A stretch of DNA of 64,000 bases from a virus (taxonomy: Duplodnaviria; Caudoviricetes): IMG/VR virus record IMGVR_UViG_3300020236_000046, positions 7,492-71,491 of that record. The stretch is one strand, 5' to 3'. A program made the position numbers and the translations under genes. The notes below the pieces were generated by a model, which searched no databases, had not been told where the DNA came from, and was given only the letters and a program-made list of their open reading frames with translations. The number at the start of each line of letters is the position of its first letter. The stretch's first letter is position 1. Shown here one piece after another: positions 55,635 to 64,000 of this stretch.

Positions 55635-55850
55635 TTAGCTGATTATTCTCACCTCGTCACAAAAAGTATCGCGGTATTGCTCCTCGGTGAGTTGAGGGTT
55701 CCATTTAAGCCAGTCTGATTTATGACATTCGCTACAGGCCGTTCCAAATCCGCTATTGAAAAAATGAATCATTCCATGACGGTGTAATTGCCCATCACTG
55801 TTACATACGTGAGCCCGCCCTTTATCATTGCCGCACATTTTACATTTCAT
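55635..55850 (-). CDS. Hypothetical Cys/His-rich early protein
   Basis: CxxC pairs; ORF track. Confidence 0.6.
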   Translation of the reverse strand: MKCKMCGNDKGRAHVCNSDGQLHRHGMIHFFNSGFGTACSECHKSDWLKWNPQLTEEQYRDTFCDEVRIIS

Positions 55851-55975
55851 TATCCTATCCCTTTATATGAAAAAATGTAGAAATGAGAATAAGGATATAA
55901 CACTAAGAAAAGTGCCTTTTGAATTGTTTGAATTATCCCTATTCATATAAAATAACCTATTTTTTATTTGAGTAC

Positions 55976-56005
55976 AGTATCGCATATTCTACCGATAAAA
56001 GTCAA
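55976..56005 (-). promoter_or_regulatory. Candidate host sigma70 early promoter TTGACT-N18-GATACT (TG-extended)
   Basis: At head of the minus-strand early cluster. Confidence 0.45.
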
Positions 56006-56274
56006 GTGAAAAGTGGATAAAAATACAGCTATTTTTTTCAAAACGATGCGTATAGTACGGATCGTATCGGTAATATAGATAATCCCGCTGTCTGTCAGTC
56101 ATAATCCCCTGTACAGAGTATATCACGGGTGCGCACTGTTTGCGTGTTTTGCGCCGTTTATGTCCGTATGTGTATATTATTGATTATATTGATAGTATAT
56201 GGGTAATTCATGTGATATGCGGGATATGAGCGATTTTATCTAAAATAATTTTGTAGTTGGTATAGGCTGATTAT

Positions 56275-57630
56275 ATGCCTAGCCGCCCGCGAAACCGACA
56301 CTCGAAAAATCCTGTGGTTTTTCACTCTCTCGGCGACAAAAAAACAGGGCCTAAAAATACAGCTAAAAAGGCTATATTCAAGGCAGATATAGGTGGAAAA
56401 CTACAGGTAAAACTGTTGGAAAAAGCCACAAAAGTAAAGGCTAAAACACTAGCTAAACAAACAGCCCGTAAAGCCCGTATGGCAATAGAAGTTAGAAAGC
56501 AAAGGCGTATAAAGCGACAGGCTCTAAAACAGTCAAACAAAGGCGGGGCCTTGATTGGAAACCCGTCAATTAAGTGCACCTCCTCCCCTTTTACCCGTTT
56601 GCGGATCGGGTTAGATAAACCTGGTAATAGTAGGCAAATAGCCCGATCCGATAAAAAACAGGCTGTCAGATTGCCGCCTGACGACAGTAAACGGCATAAG
56701 GTAGGCGATAGTATAGGCCGTGATATAGGCCGTAATATAGAGGATCATGTGGTATCTAGTGATGATAGTAACCGGGAAGTGGATAGGAATCATCTATCGG
56801 CATTAGAAATAGATGATAATGGGATGGGTAATGAGAAGATAATGAGAATCAAAAGTAGTGGTAATGAGAATCAAAATCACACGAATGATAGACGAAAATC
56901 GACGAGCAGGCAAAAAAAATGTAGTAACATCCCTGACACCACCGCGCAGAAAATTCCCACTTCTGAAAAAGTTGATTTCCTGCAGGACGACTCCAACGAA
57001 AACCCGGATGAAAATATAAATTTTTCGTCCCCTGAAAAAAGCGGGTCTGTCCGGGGACGGAAGAGTAATGTGCGGGTATCCGCTTACAACCCGAAAAAGC
57101 ATCCGAAAGCGGCCTACCTGCTATGTTCCAAGTACGGGGCGGACAACAAGCAGCTTACGACGGCTTTTAGCATCAGCACGTTCGCATTGTACTCATGGAT
57201 GCGGCGTAATCCTGAATTTAAGGAAGCTATCGTAAGTGGTAAGGATGAGTTTGATAGTGAGCATGTCGAGAAGAAACTGTTGCAGAGGGCAATAGGGTTT
57301 ACATATACGGAAGTCAGGACTGAAAAGGTTATACTGAAGAATAGCAAGAACAATAAGAACATATCTGTGCCCGGCACTAAAATTACAAGGACGGTAAAAA
57401 CTGAAAAGCCTGATGTACTGGCGCAGATATTTTATTTGAAGAACCGGCAGCCCTTGAGATGGAAAGACGTTTATAAGAATGAGAGCACTATCAATCAAAG
57501 TATAACTCATAAGGGGGAAATCAAGATTGACGACTGTACTGACAGAGCGGAAAAAGTCGCAACCATCCTGTATAAGGCGGGAGCACTTGACGGACGAGGT
57601 AGTTCAGGCCCTAAAGCCAAAGTTAACTAA
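56275..57630 (+). CDS. terS: Terminase small subunit (HTH in C-terminal part; start uncertain)
   Basis: 'GADNKQLTTAFSIS..LYSWMRRNPEFKEAI..GK..VEKKLLQRAIG..PDVLAQIFYLKNRQP'; precedes terL. Confidence 0.8.
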   Translation: MPSRPRNRHSKNPVVFHSLGDKKTGPKNTAKKAIFKADIGGKLQVKLLEKATKVKAKTLAKQTARKARMAIEVRKQRRIKRQALKQSNKGGALIGNPSIKCTSSPFTRLRIGLDKPGNSRQIARSDKKQAVRLPPDDSKRHKVGDSIGRDIGRNIEDHVVSSDDSNREVDRNHLSALEIDDNGMGNEKIMRIKSSGNENQNHTNDRRKSTSRQKKCSNIPDTTAQKIPTSEKVDFLQDDSNENPDENINFSSPEKSGSVRGRKSNVRVSAYNPKKHPKAAYLLCSKYGADNKQLTTAFSISTFALYSWMRRNPEFKEAIVSGKDEFDSEHVEKKLLQRAIGFTYTEVRTEKVILKNSKNNKNISVPGTKITRTVKTEKPDVLAQIFYLKNRQPLRWKDVYKNESTINQSITHKGEIKIDDCTDRAEKVATILYKAGALDGRGSSGPKAKVN

Positions 57631-58918
57631 GTACATCCCTCATGTGCCTACGCCGAAGCAGCAGGCCTTTCTTTGGCTTACTTGCAGGGATGCTTTTTTC
57701 GGAGGTGCGGCGGGTGGTGGGAAAAGCGATGCATTGCTCATGGCGGCCTTGCAATATGTCGATGTGCCGGGGTATAGCGCGCTTCTCATAAGGGATACTT
57801 ACAAAAACCTGAACAAGCCCGATAGCCTGATGTCAAGGGCGCATGAATGGCTTACGCACACGGATGCGCATTGGAACGGGGAAAGGTCGGAATACAGGTT
57901 TCCGGTTGACGGGCGTTATGCCTACGGAAAGGCGGCTATAAGGCCGGTGGCATCTACCCTTAGTTTCGGCTATTTGGACAATCCTCGTGACCACTTTAAC
58001 TATCAGAGCGCCGCTTACCAATATGTCGGCATTGACGAAGTAGTGGCAATAAGGGAAAAACAGGCATTGTACCTTTTCAGTAGGTTGCGCAAGGCTGTGG
58101 GATATGAGAATCTGCCGATTCGCTTTAGGGCGGCGAGCAACCCTCCTACACGTGAACAACTATCGATAGGCTCATGGGTGAAGGACAGATACGTTAATCC
58201 TAAAACCAGAAAGAAAAATGTAATATTCATTCCCGCCCAACTGGAAGATAACCCATACTTGGATGCGGAAGATTATGAACAATCGCTTAATGAACTCGAT
58301 CCCGTAACGAGAAAACAGTTAAGGGACGGGGATTGGGAAATACAGGTAAAGGGCCGGATATTCGACGCATCGGATTTTGTGATGATAAAAGAACCGCTCA
58401 AGGATGTAATACGGACTGTCCGGTATTGGGATATGGCGGCAACCGAACCGTCTAATGAAAACAAGCAGCCCGCCTACACTGTCGGATGTAAGATGAGTAT
58501 TACCAGACAGGGATTCCTGTGCATAGAGCATATAAGGCGGTTCAGGCGGAACCCCGGCGTAACTGAAACGATAATCAGGCAGACTGCGGAAGTAGATGGT
58601 ATGGCGGTAAGGATACGGATGGAACAAGAACCCGGTGCGAGCGGTAAAATGGTAATAGCAAACTATATGCGCCGTGTTCTATTAGGATTTCAATTTAGGG
58701 GTGATAAGGTAACGGGAAGTAAGTTTACCAGAGCACTTCCCTTGAGCACACAAGTTGAGGGTCATAACCTTTATATGCTTGAAGCTCCGTGGAACGAGTC
58801 TTTTATCGATGAAGCTGAATTATGGCCTGATGGCCCGTTTTTAGATCAGATAGACGCGGCAGGAGGAGCATTGGGTGATTTGACTATGAAATCTATGCCC
58901 GGTATGAGGGCATGTTAA
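57527..58918 (+). CDS. terL: Terminase large subunit
   Basis: 'FFGGAAGGGKS', 'YVGIDEV', 'RAASNP', 'RYWDMAA', 'EQEPGASGK', 'DQIDA'. Confidence 0.95.
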   Translation: MTTVLTERKKSQPSCIRREHLTDEVVQALKPKLTKYIPHVPTPKQQAFLWLTCRDAFFGGAAGGGKSDALLMAALQYVDVPGYSALLIRDTYKNLNKPDSLMSRAHEWLTHTDAHWNGERSEYRFPVDGRYAYGKAAIRPVASTLSFGYLDNPRDHFNYQSAAYQYVGIDEVVAIREKQALYLFSRLRKAVGYENLPIRFRAASNPPTREQLSIGSWVKDRYVNPKTRKKNVIFIPAQLEDNPYLDAEDYEQSLNELDPVTRKQLRDGDWEIQVKGRIFDASDFVMIKEPLKDVIRTVRYWDMAATEPSNENKQPAYTVGCKMSITRQGFLCIEHIRRFRRNPGVTETIIRQTAEVDGMAVRIRMEQEPGASGKMVIANYMRRVLLGFQFRGDKVTGSKFTRALPLSTQVEGHNLYMLEAPWNESFIDEAELWPDGPFLDQIDAAGGALGDLTMKSMPGMRAC

Positions 58919-58973
58919 AAATTATAATGAAAATATATTTTTTTGGGGTGAACGAATTTGGAGGGTATTGTAA

Positions 58974-59339
58974 ATGATACGAACAATTAATGTGTTGGCA
59001 AATGCGGCTGGAGTTTTTACATCTGCACTACCTGTCAACGCATACGGACGGTTTAACATATCCATTAAGGTCGGGTTGTCTTTTATTACAGATCCGACCG
59101 CGTCTACATTCAGTGGGGATATTACTCTGCAGCGGCAGTTTCAGGATAATAGCGACCCTGGCGCAAGTATATGGCGTGACGTTCAATCATGGTCGGTTCT
59201 CGCGGCGGACGCATTAGGAGGCGGGGTAGAAGCGGTACGGGCTACTAGAGAGCCTGAAGGCGCTAATTACCGTCTGGGGATAAAGACAGGGGAGTATTAT
59301 GCGGTAGGCGGCTGTTTCTTGCGTTTAGGGGGAGAATGA
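58974..59339 (+). CDS. Hypothetical (putative virion) protein
   Basis: ORF with ggag SD. Confidence 0.6.
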   Translation: MIRTINVLANAAGVFTSALPVNAYGRFNISIKVGLSFITDPTASTFSGDITLQRQFQDNSDPGASIWRDVQSWSVLAADALGGGVEAVRATREPEGANYRLGIKTGEYYAVGGCFLRLGGE

Positions 59340-59545
59340 CCGTGGAATCGGAAGTACAGACAATTCCTACTTGCACGGCCATACATGAAGGTATCAACAA
59401 ACAGGTAAATAGTCATGCGGATGATATAACAGTTTTATATAAACGAACTGAACGTCCTACATGGATATTAATGTATTTAGTAAGCACACTTACCGGCATA
59501 ATAGGGTTTGAATCAGCATATATTCTCATGGGTATTGTCAGATGA
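59336..59545 (+). CDS. Hypothetical protein with C-terminal TM helix
   Basis: Coupled ORF; hydrophobic end. Confidence 0.55.
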   Translation: MTVESEVQTIPTCTAIHEGINKQVNSHADDITVLYKRTERPTWILMYLVSTLTGIIGFESAYILMGIVR

Positions 59546-59721
59546 TTAATCGCCCTCATCAAATACGCAACTTAAAGTTTCATTCTTTTGAAGACGCAAA
59601 AAAACAAGGTGTATTTTTCTGTCCGGTTATGGTGCGTGTTATACGTCTTTGTTCGGCCCCGGATAAAAATTCTTTTCAAGTCTGTAAACAATGGACTTTA
59701 GTAATACCGCTTAATTAAGGA

Positions 59722-59967
59722 ATGATGGATATGGCTTTGACTAAAGAACGAAGAAATAAAAGTTGGGTAGAAAAATATGCCGTTTCTATTTTAGCTCCTC
59801 TTACCGTATTTCTTATTGGCGGGTTGATTAAAACTTATGTGGACGTAAAACAACAACAAGTGTTTATCAATCAAATTGAAAAACAGATTGAAGAGATAAA
59901 GGTTAATAACAGGGATATTCATAAATCAATGTGGCGTACATTTAACGAAATAAGGCCGCGTAATTAA
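59722..59967 (+). CDS. Small membrane protein (TM plus coiled coil)
   Basis: 'YAVSILAPLTVFLIGGLI' followed by heptads. Confidence 0.55.
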   Translation: MMDMALTKERRNKSWVEKYAVSILAPLTVFLIGGLIKTYVDVKQQQVFINQIEKQIEEIKVNNRDIHKSMWRTFNEIRPRN

Positions 59968-59982
59968 TAAAGGAGAGGAAAT

Positions 59983-60408
59983 ATGTCACAAGCGAGTGAT
60001 TATTTAGAACAACAGATACTGGATCATCTGTTTAGAACAAGTACGTTTGCTAAACCGGCTGTATTATTTTTAGCTTTATATACGGTCACTCCGACAGATG
60101 CAGGTGGTGGGACTGAAGTAGCTACTACCTTAGGCGGGTATCAAAGATATTCTATGACTCCGGCAAATGCCGATTGGTCAAATGTTACAACTGGCGGGAC
60201 TATGAGTAATATTGTTGTGATGAGTTTTGAAGCCGCCCCCATATCCGATTGGGGTGTAGTTGTTGCGTTTGGTATACATGATGGTAGTGCCGCGAGTGAT
60301 ACAGGTAATCTGCTTATATGGGGGCCTCTTACGAATAATAAAACAATTAATGCGGGGGACGGTACGCCGGAATGGGGTGTCGGGTCTTTTGCTATTACGC
60401 TTGCATAG
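59983..60408 (+). CDS. Minor virion/fibre-associated protein
   Basis: 'ASDYLEQQILDHLFR', 'LFLALYT..P.DAGGGTEV', 'VVAFGIHD..GNLLIWG.L..KTI..GD' family pattern. Confidence 0.75.
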   Translation: MSQASDYLEQQILDHLFRTSTFAKPAVLFLALYTVTPTDAGGGTEVATTLGGYQRYSMTPANADWSNVTTGGTMSNIVVMSFEAAPISDWGVVVAFGIHDGSAASDTGNLLIWGPLTNNKTINAGDGTPEWGVGSFAITLA

Positions 60409-60421
60409 GAATGTATAAATT

Positions 60422-60535
60422 ATGAGAATCTGTGTCGATAGTGGTCACGGTGGACAGCTGGGTGATGGTGACAGACCGCTTGGCGCTCTCGGCACCGCAT
60501 TCGCTTTATATGCAATAAACCACTTTTTGGGGTAA
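60422..60535 (+). pseudogene. Remnant N-terminus of an Amidase_3 endolysin
   Basis: MRICVDSGHGG matches the 'I.lD.GHGG' start motif, then diverges and stops after 37 aa. Confidence 0.55.
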
Positions 60536-60548
60536 AGGATGAACCGGA

Positions 60549-60977
60549 ATGCCTGAATTCGGACATAAATCTTTAGAGCGCCTTTCAACGTGCGATCCGC
60601 CGTTGCAGTGGCTTTTCAATACTGTCATAGAGCGGTACGACTGCACGATCCTTGAGGGAGAACGCGGCCAGGAGAGACAAAACCTGTTTGTCGAACAAGG
60701 GCTGTCGAAAGTCAAGTGGCCGGACGGCAAGCATAACGTAAAGTCGGAGGATAAAAAAAAGGGAATCAAGAGTAAAGCGGTAGACGTTGCGCCGTGGATA
60801 AACGGCAAGGCATCGTTTGAACCGCGTCAATGTTACTTCTTTGCCGGATACGTCAAGCGCGTTGCCGAGGAGCTCGAAATAAAAATCAGGCTCGGCGCCG
60901 ATTGGGACAGTGATGGCGACGTTAACGACCAGACGTTCCGGGACATCGTTCATTTTGAATTAGCGGAGGAGCGGTAA
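60549..60977 (+). CDS. Endolysin, M15 family (L-Ala-D-Glu-type) peptidase
   Basis: 'GERGQERQ', 'KHN..SKAVDVAP', 'LGADWDSDG..DIVHFEL'. Confidence 0.9.
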   Translation: MPEFGHKSLERLSTCDPPLQWLFNTVIERYDCTILEGERGQERQNLFVEQGLSKVKWPDGKHNVKSEDKKKGIKSKAVDVAPWINGKASFEPRQCYFFAGYVKRVAEELEIKIRLGADWDSDGDVNDQTFRDIVHFELAEER

Positions 60978-61462
60978 TGAACTTGCGGGATATTCTTAAA
61001 AAGTTCGGCGGCCCGGTTGCGGCGTTATTGGCTCCCGCCACTGGCGGCCTGTCTATCGCGGCGGTCGAACTGGCAAAAAAGTTAACGGGGGCGGAAACGG
61101 AAAAAGAGGCCGCAAAAGTTTTTATCTCAAACCCGGAACTTATGGTGAAGTACAAGCTCGATTTGGAAACCATAGCGGTTGCAAAATTGGAAGCCGACGC
61201 GAAGGTAATAGAGAGCGTTGGCAAAACCCAGCGCATAGAAGCAGTGTCTGATGATAAATGGCAAAAACGTTGGCGGCCTACCGTTGGCTTCACCTTCGCC
61301 GCTGTAATTATAAACAACTATATTCTCATCCCCTGGGCGCAGGGACTGGGCCTTAACGTAATTCCGATTGAAATCCCGCCGAACGTATGGCTTGCGATGG
61401 GCGGCGTTTTGGGCGCGGCGGCCTGGACACGCGGCAGGGAAAAAGAGGCGCGGGTTAAATAA
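60977..61462 (+). CDS. Holin (3TM gene-transfer-release holin-like)
   Basis: 'KWQKRWRPTVGF', 'WLAMGGVLGAAAWTRGREK'. Confidence 0.8.
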   Translation: MNLRDILKKFGGPVAALLAPATGGLSIAAVELAKKLTGAETEKEAAKVFISNPELMVKYKLDLETIAVAKLEADAKVIESVGKTQRIEAVSDDKWQKRWRPTVGFTFAAVIINNYILIPWAQGLGLNVIPIEIPPNVWLAMGGVLGAAAWTRGREKEARVK

Positions 61463-61491
61463 TTATTTTTTTAAAAAGAAGGAGTAAAAAA

Positions 61492-61674
61492 ATGAATCAG
61501 TATAAAAGTATTTTAACGAGTAAAACCTTTTGGGGTTCTGTTATTCAGCTTGTTGGCGCACTAGGGTTGTCTCCGATTGTTGACGTCAGCGTAACTGCAA
61601 GTGCGATTGTGTTGGTAATCGGGTTTGCAGTAGCTATTTATGGCAGGATTACTGCAAAAAAGATAATCAGTTAA
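61492..61674 (+). CDS. Small 2-TM membrane protein (holin-like)
   Basis: 'KSILTSKTFWG..AIYGRITA' motif. Confidence 0.7.
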   Translation: MNQYKSILTSKTFWGSVIQLVGALGLSPIVDVSVTASAIVLVIGFAVAIYGRITAKKIIS

Positions 61675-61678
61675 TCAA

Positions 61679-62080
61679 ATGAAAACTTTATTTATATCAC
61701 TGGTTTTAATGTTTATGTTTGTAAACTATGCTTGTGCCAGACCCACACAACCAATCTCCGGCGACCCTATAAGTGCGGACGAACCGACTACCAACATGGA
61801 CGGCTCCCCGCTTACGGATTTGGCCGGGTACAAGATTTATTGCGGTGTACAACCACGGACAACGGTCGACTACCCGACAGAGATAGATTTAGGAATGCTC
61901 ACCCCTGTTGCCGGTCGGGTGGATTCTATTTTACGGATGCCGACAGCGGGGACGTATTATTGTGCATGGACGGCATACGACAGTTCAGGGTACGAGAGCG
62001 ATTACTCGGTCGAGATTATAAAAACGATAACAGGCGTCTCATTATCTGATATTCCGGGGTCTCCTAAAAACATACAATAA
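61679..62080 (+). CDS. Secreted fibronectin-III-like protein
   Basis: Signal peptide; 'PTTNMDGSPLTDLAGYKIYCG..YYCAWTAYD..ESDYS'. Confidence 0.7.
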   Translation: MKTLFISLVLMFMFVNYACARPTQPISGDPISADEPTTNMDGSPLTDLAGYKIYCGVQPRTTVDYPTEIDLGMLTPVAGRVDSILRMPTAGTYYCAWTAYDSSGYESDYSVEIIKTITGVSLSDIPGSPKNIQ

Positions 62081-63633
62081 TGGCTAATTATTATGTCGAT
62101 AGCGTTTCGGGCAGTAATGCTGATAACGGCACGACACAGGCCCTAGCATGGGCGACAATTGAATATGCGAAAGAATCGGGCGGGTTAAGTGCCGGTGATA
62201 AAATATGGCCGAGAAGGGGACATACGGAAATACCCACAAGCGACCTGGTTCCTATTTACAGCGGTTCGGCTGGTAGCCCAATTTCAGTTATAGGTTGGCC
62301 GAGAGCGGCAATACCTAATACGACTATCACATCGGCGACATGGACGAATGGAAGCACGACTGTCGATTTAGTTGTAGGTGTGACTTTAGCAAGTGCGGCG
62401 CATATAGGTAGATATGTTACCGCTCCGAATGGAAAAATCTTTTTAATCACAAGGATAATTGATGCAAATACGCTGATAATCGACAGGGAATATCCCGGCC
62501 CGACAGTGACCGGGACAAGCGGGTTATTTCAAATTGAAGCGGATGAGGATTATTCGACAAGGCCTACAGATGTCGATGGCTGGGACAGTGATGCGGATAC
62601 GCTTGCGGAGATAGATTTCAATAGTACGGCATATCAGATGTATCTGCAAAATATCTATTACTGGCATTATAAAAATATGCAATTTACAAACTGTGCAGAC
62701 CCAAGTGGAATTATACGAACAGGTAACTCACGCGCCGTCGCATTTACAGGATGTTGGATTCATACTACCTCAAATGTGTTGTTATTTGCTCCGACAAATG
62801 CCGCTGTGTTTCTTGAGCGGGTAATTATTACAGGTAGTGGCGCAGGTGCCGCGCAAAGAGGCGTATCGATACCTTTAAATGGGTTTCTTTCATTTAAAGA
62901 TGGAGCGGTTTACAACTGCGGTGATTGGGGATTCAGAACTTATGGGAGAATTTATCTCGAAAATGTAAACATCGGAGTTGAGGTCGCGAACGGCGATGAT
63001 GATATTGCTGTTAATAACGCAAGCCAAATATGGGGAAGAGAAGTAAAACTGGGCGGTACAAATGGAGATGTACTTTTAGAAGGCGATTTCTCTTTTGATA
63101 TCCAGGTTGCATTTGAAAATTATGGGAAAGTGCTCGGCGACCACAAAGTTTGGTATGTGGGAGGTTCTTATAAAAATGTAGATGTCGGGGCGACAAACGC
63201 TCCAAGCATCGCAAGTTCATCCGGTAATACGGTAGATTTACTGGAAATTCTACCGACTATAAACAGGCCGAACGTCCCGGTATGGACGTTTAATATGAAC
63301 ATCATGGAAGTCGATGCGGACAACACCAGTAAAACGTATACGCTTTACCTTCAGAATAATATGTCGGCGACTTTAAACAGTAGTGATGCGAAAGGTGATA
63401 TTTGGCTGGTTGCAGAGTATGTCGATGCGTATAACGATGTAACTGCCTACTGTATTGGTAAAATTGAATCGGCCCAGACAGATATTTTAGCGAGAGCGGA
63501 TGATACTGATTGGGACAGTCTCACCGTCACAGTTCAGCCTGCTATCGCGTCAAAGGTTCGATTAAAATTATTCATTTCGGCCTATTCGGCTACAGGCGGT
63601 ATTTACATTGATCCGTTAGTAGTAATAAGTTAA
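62080..63633 (+). CDS. Virion spike/fibre-like protein with pectin-lyase-like beta-helix
   Basis: 'YYVDSVSGSNADNGTT..AWATIEYA..GD.IW' N-terminus; beta-helix-like middle. Confidence 0.65.
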   Translation: MANYYVDSVSGSNADNGTTQALAWATIEYAKESGGLSAGDKIWPRRGHTEIPTSDLVPIYSGSAGSPISVIGWPRAAIPNTTITSATWTNGSTTVDLVVGVTLASAAHIGRYVTAPNGKIFLITRIIDANTLIIDREYPGPTVTGTSGLFQIEADEDYSTRPTDVDGWDSDADTLAEIDFNSTAYQMYLQNIYYWHYKNMQFTNCADPSGIIRTGNSRAVAFTGCWIHTTSNVLLFAPTNAAVFLERVIITGSGAGAAQRGVSIPLNGFLSFKDGAVYNCGDWGFRTYGRIYLENVNIGVEVANGDDDIAVNNASQIWGREVKLGGTNGDVLLEGDFSFDIQVAFENYGKVLGDHKVWYVGGSYKNVDVGATNAPSIASSSGNTVDLLEILPTINRPNVPVWTFNMNIMEVDADNTSKTYTLYLQNNMSATLNSSDAKGDIWLVAEYVDAYNDVTAYCIGKIESAQTDILARADDTDWDSLTVTVQPAIASKVRLKLFISAYSATGGIYIDPLVVIS

Positions 63634-64000
63634 TGGCTACAAAATATACACTTTCTTACGGACAGGTTAAAACTAAAGAGACTAGTACAGTTCCGGTTGT
63701 AAAACTAAGTTATGGGCAGTTGTATATTTATTTTCTATATACTGCGAGTGGGGCAATATTAGAAACTGCAGTATCTTTAGCATTTACTGCATCGGTAGCG
63801 TTGACTAATGTAATTAAACTGTCCGCAGTTCCATCATTATCATTTATAACAATATTTGCAATAACAAACTATATCAGATTAGGTGCGTCCGTCAATATGG
63901 CATTCACGACAACAAACCAATTAACAAATTATATTAGATTTGGGGCCTCTCCTGTTATTAATTTCACTATATCATCATCAGGATTGACGAATAAGATTCA
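63633..64000 (+). CDS. Partial ORF, putative fibre-like repeat protein
   Basis: Open from ATG 63633 (TAATG) to window end; roughly 22-aa repeats ending 'LTN.I'. Confidence 0.6.
   Translation, partial: MATKYTLSYGQVKTKETSTVPVVKLSYGQLYIYFLYTASGAILETAVSLAFTASVALTNVIKLSAVPSLSFITIFAITNYIRLGASVNMAFTTTNQLTNYIRFGASPVINFTISSSGLTNKI

Noticed and set aside
57833-62450. Antisense ORFs over terminase and lysis genes (57833-58159, 58319-58627, 60585-60953, 60922-61317)
   Set aside because: Expected in GC-richer DNA; shadows of strong + strand genes.
1-64000. Possible stop-codon reassignment
   Set aside because: TAA, TAG and TGA all end conserved genes at expected positions, with dense code-11 coding.
1-64000. 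CRISPR array, tRNAs, DGR or integrase
   Set aside because: No regularly spaced repeats, cloverleafs, reverse transcriptase or recombinase motifs seen by eye; a tRNAscan run would still be prudent.

Overview
This window holds most of the genome of a contractile-tailed dsDNA phage; the portal and major capsid genes are not in it. There are three transcription blocks. (1) + strand 1-16154: head-tail connectors and a complete Mu-like tail, baseplate and fibre module. (2) - strand 16261-55850: a nonulosonic-acid (pseudaminic/legionaminic-type) pathway with a Maf-family glycosyltransferase; nucleotide metabolism; a full replication/recombination kit (UDG-PolA fusion, clamp, clamp loader, ligase, SSB, RecA/UvsY, RuvC, split SbcC plus SbcD, helicase, primase, SNF2); three DNA-modification enzymes (Mom-like, C5 and N6 MTases); a sigma-like factor; and small early genes. 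(3) + strand 56275-64000: terminases, lysis cassette and fibre-like genes. Most notable: (a) the phage-encoded nonulosonate plus Maf protein-glycosylation system; (b) a helicase intein whose HNH endonuclease is encoded in an overlapping +1 frame while the intein frame stays open; (c) a second dual-coded gene inside the C5 methyltransferase; (d) an exactly spaced phage promoter motif in four copies; (e) FxxxFxxxF peptides appended to tail proteins. No tRNA, rRNA, CRISPR array or integrase was recognised. All functional calls come from motif recognition by eye, with no database search.
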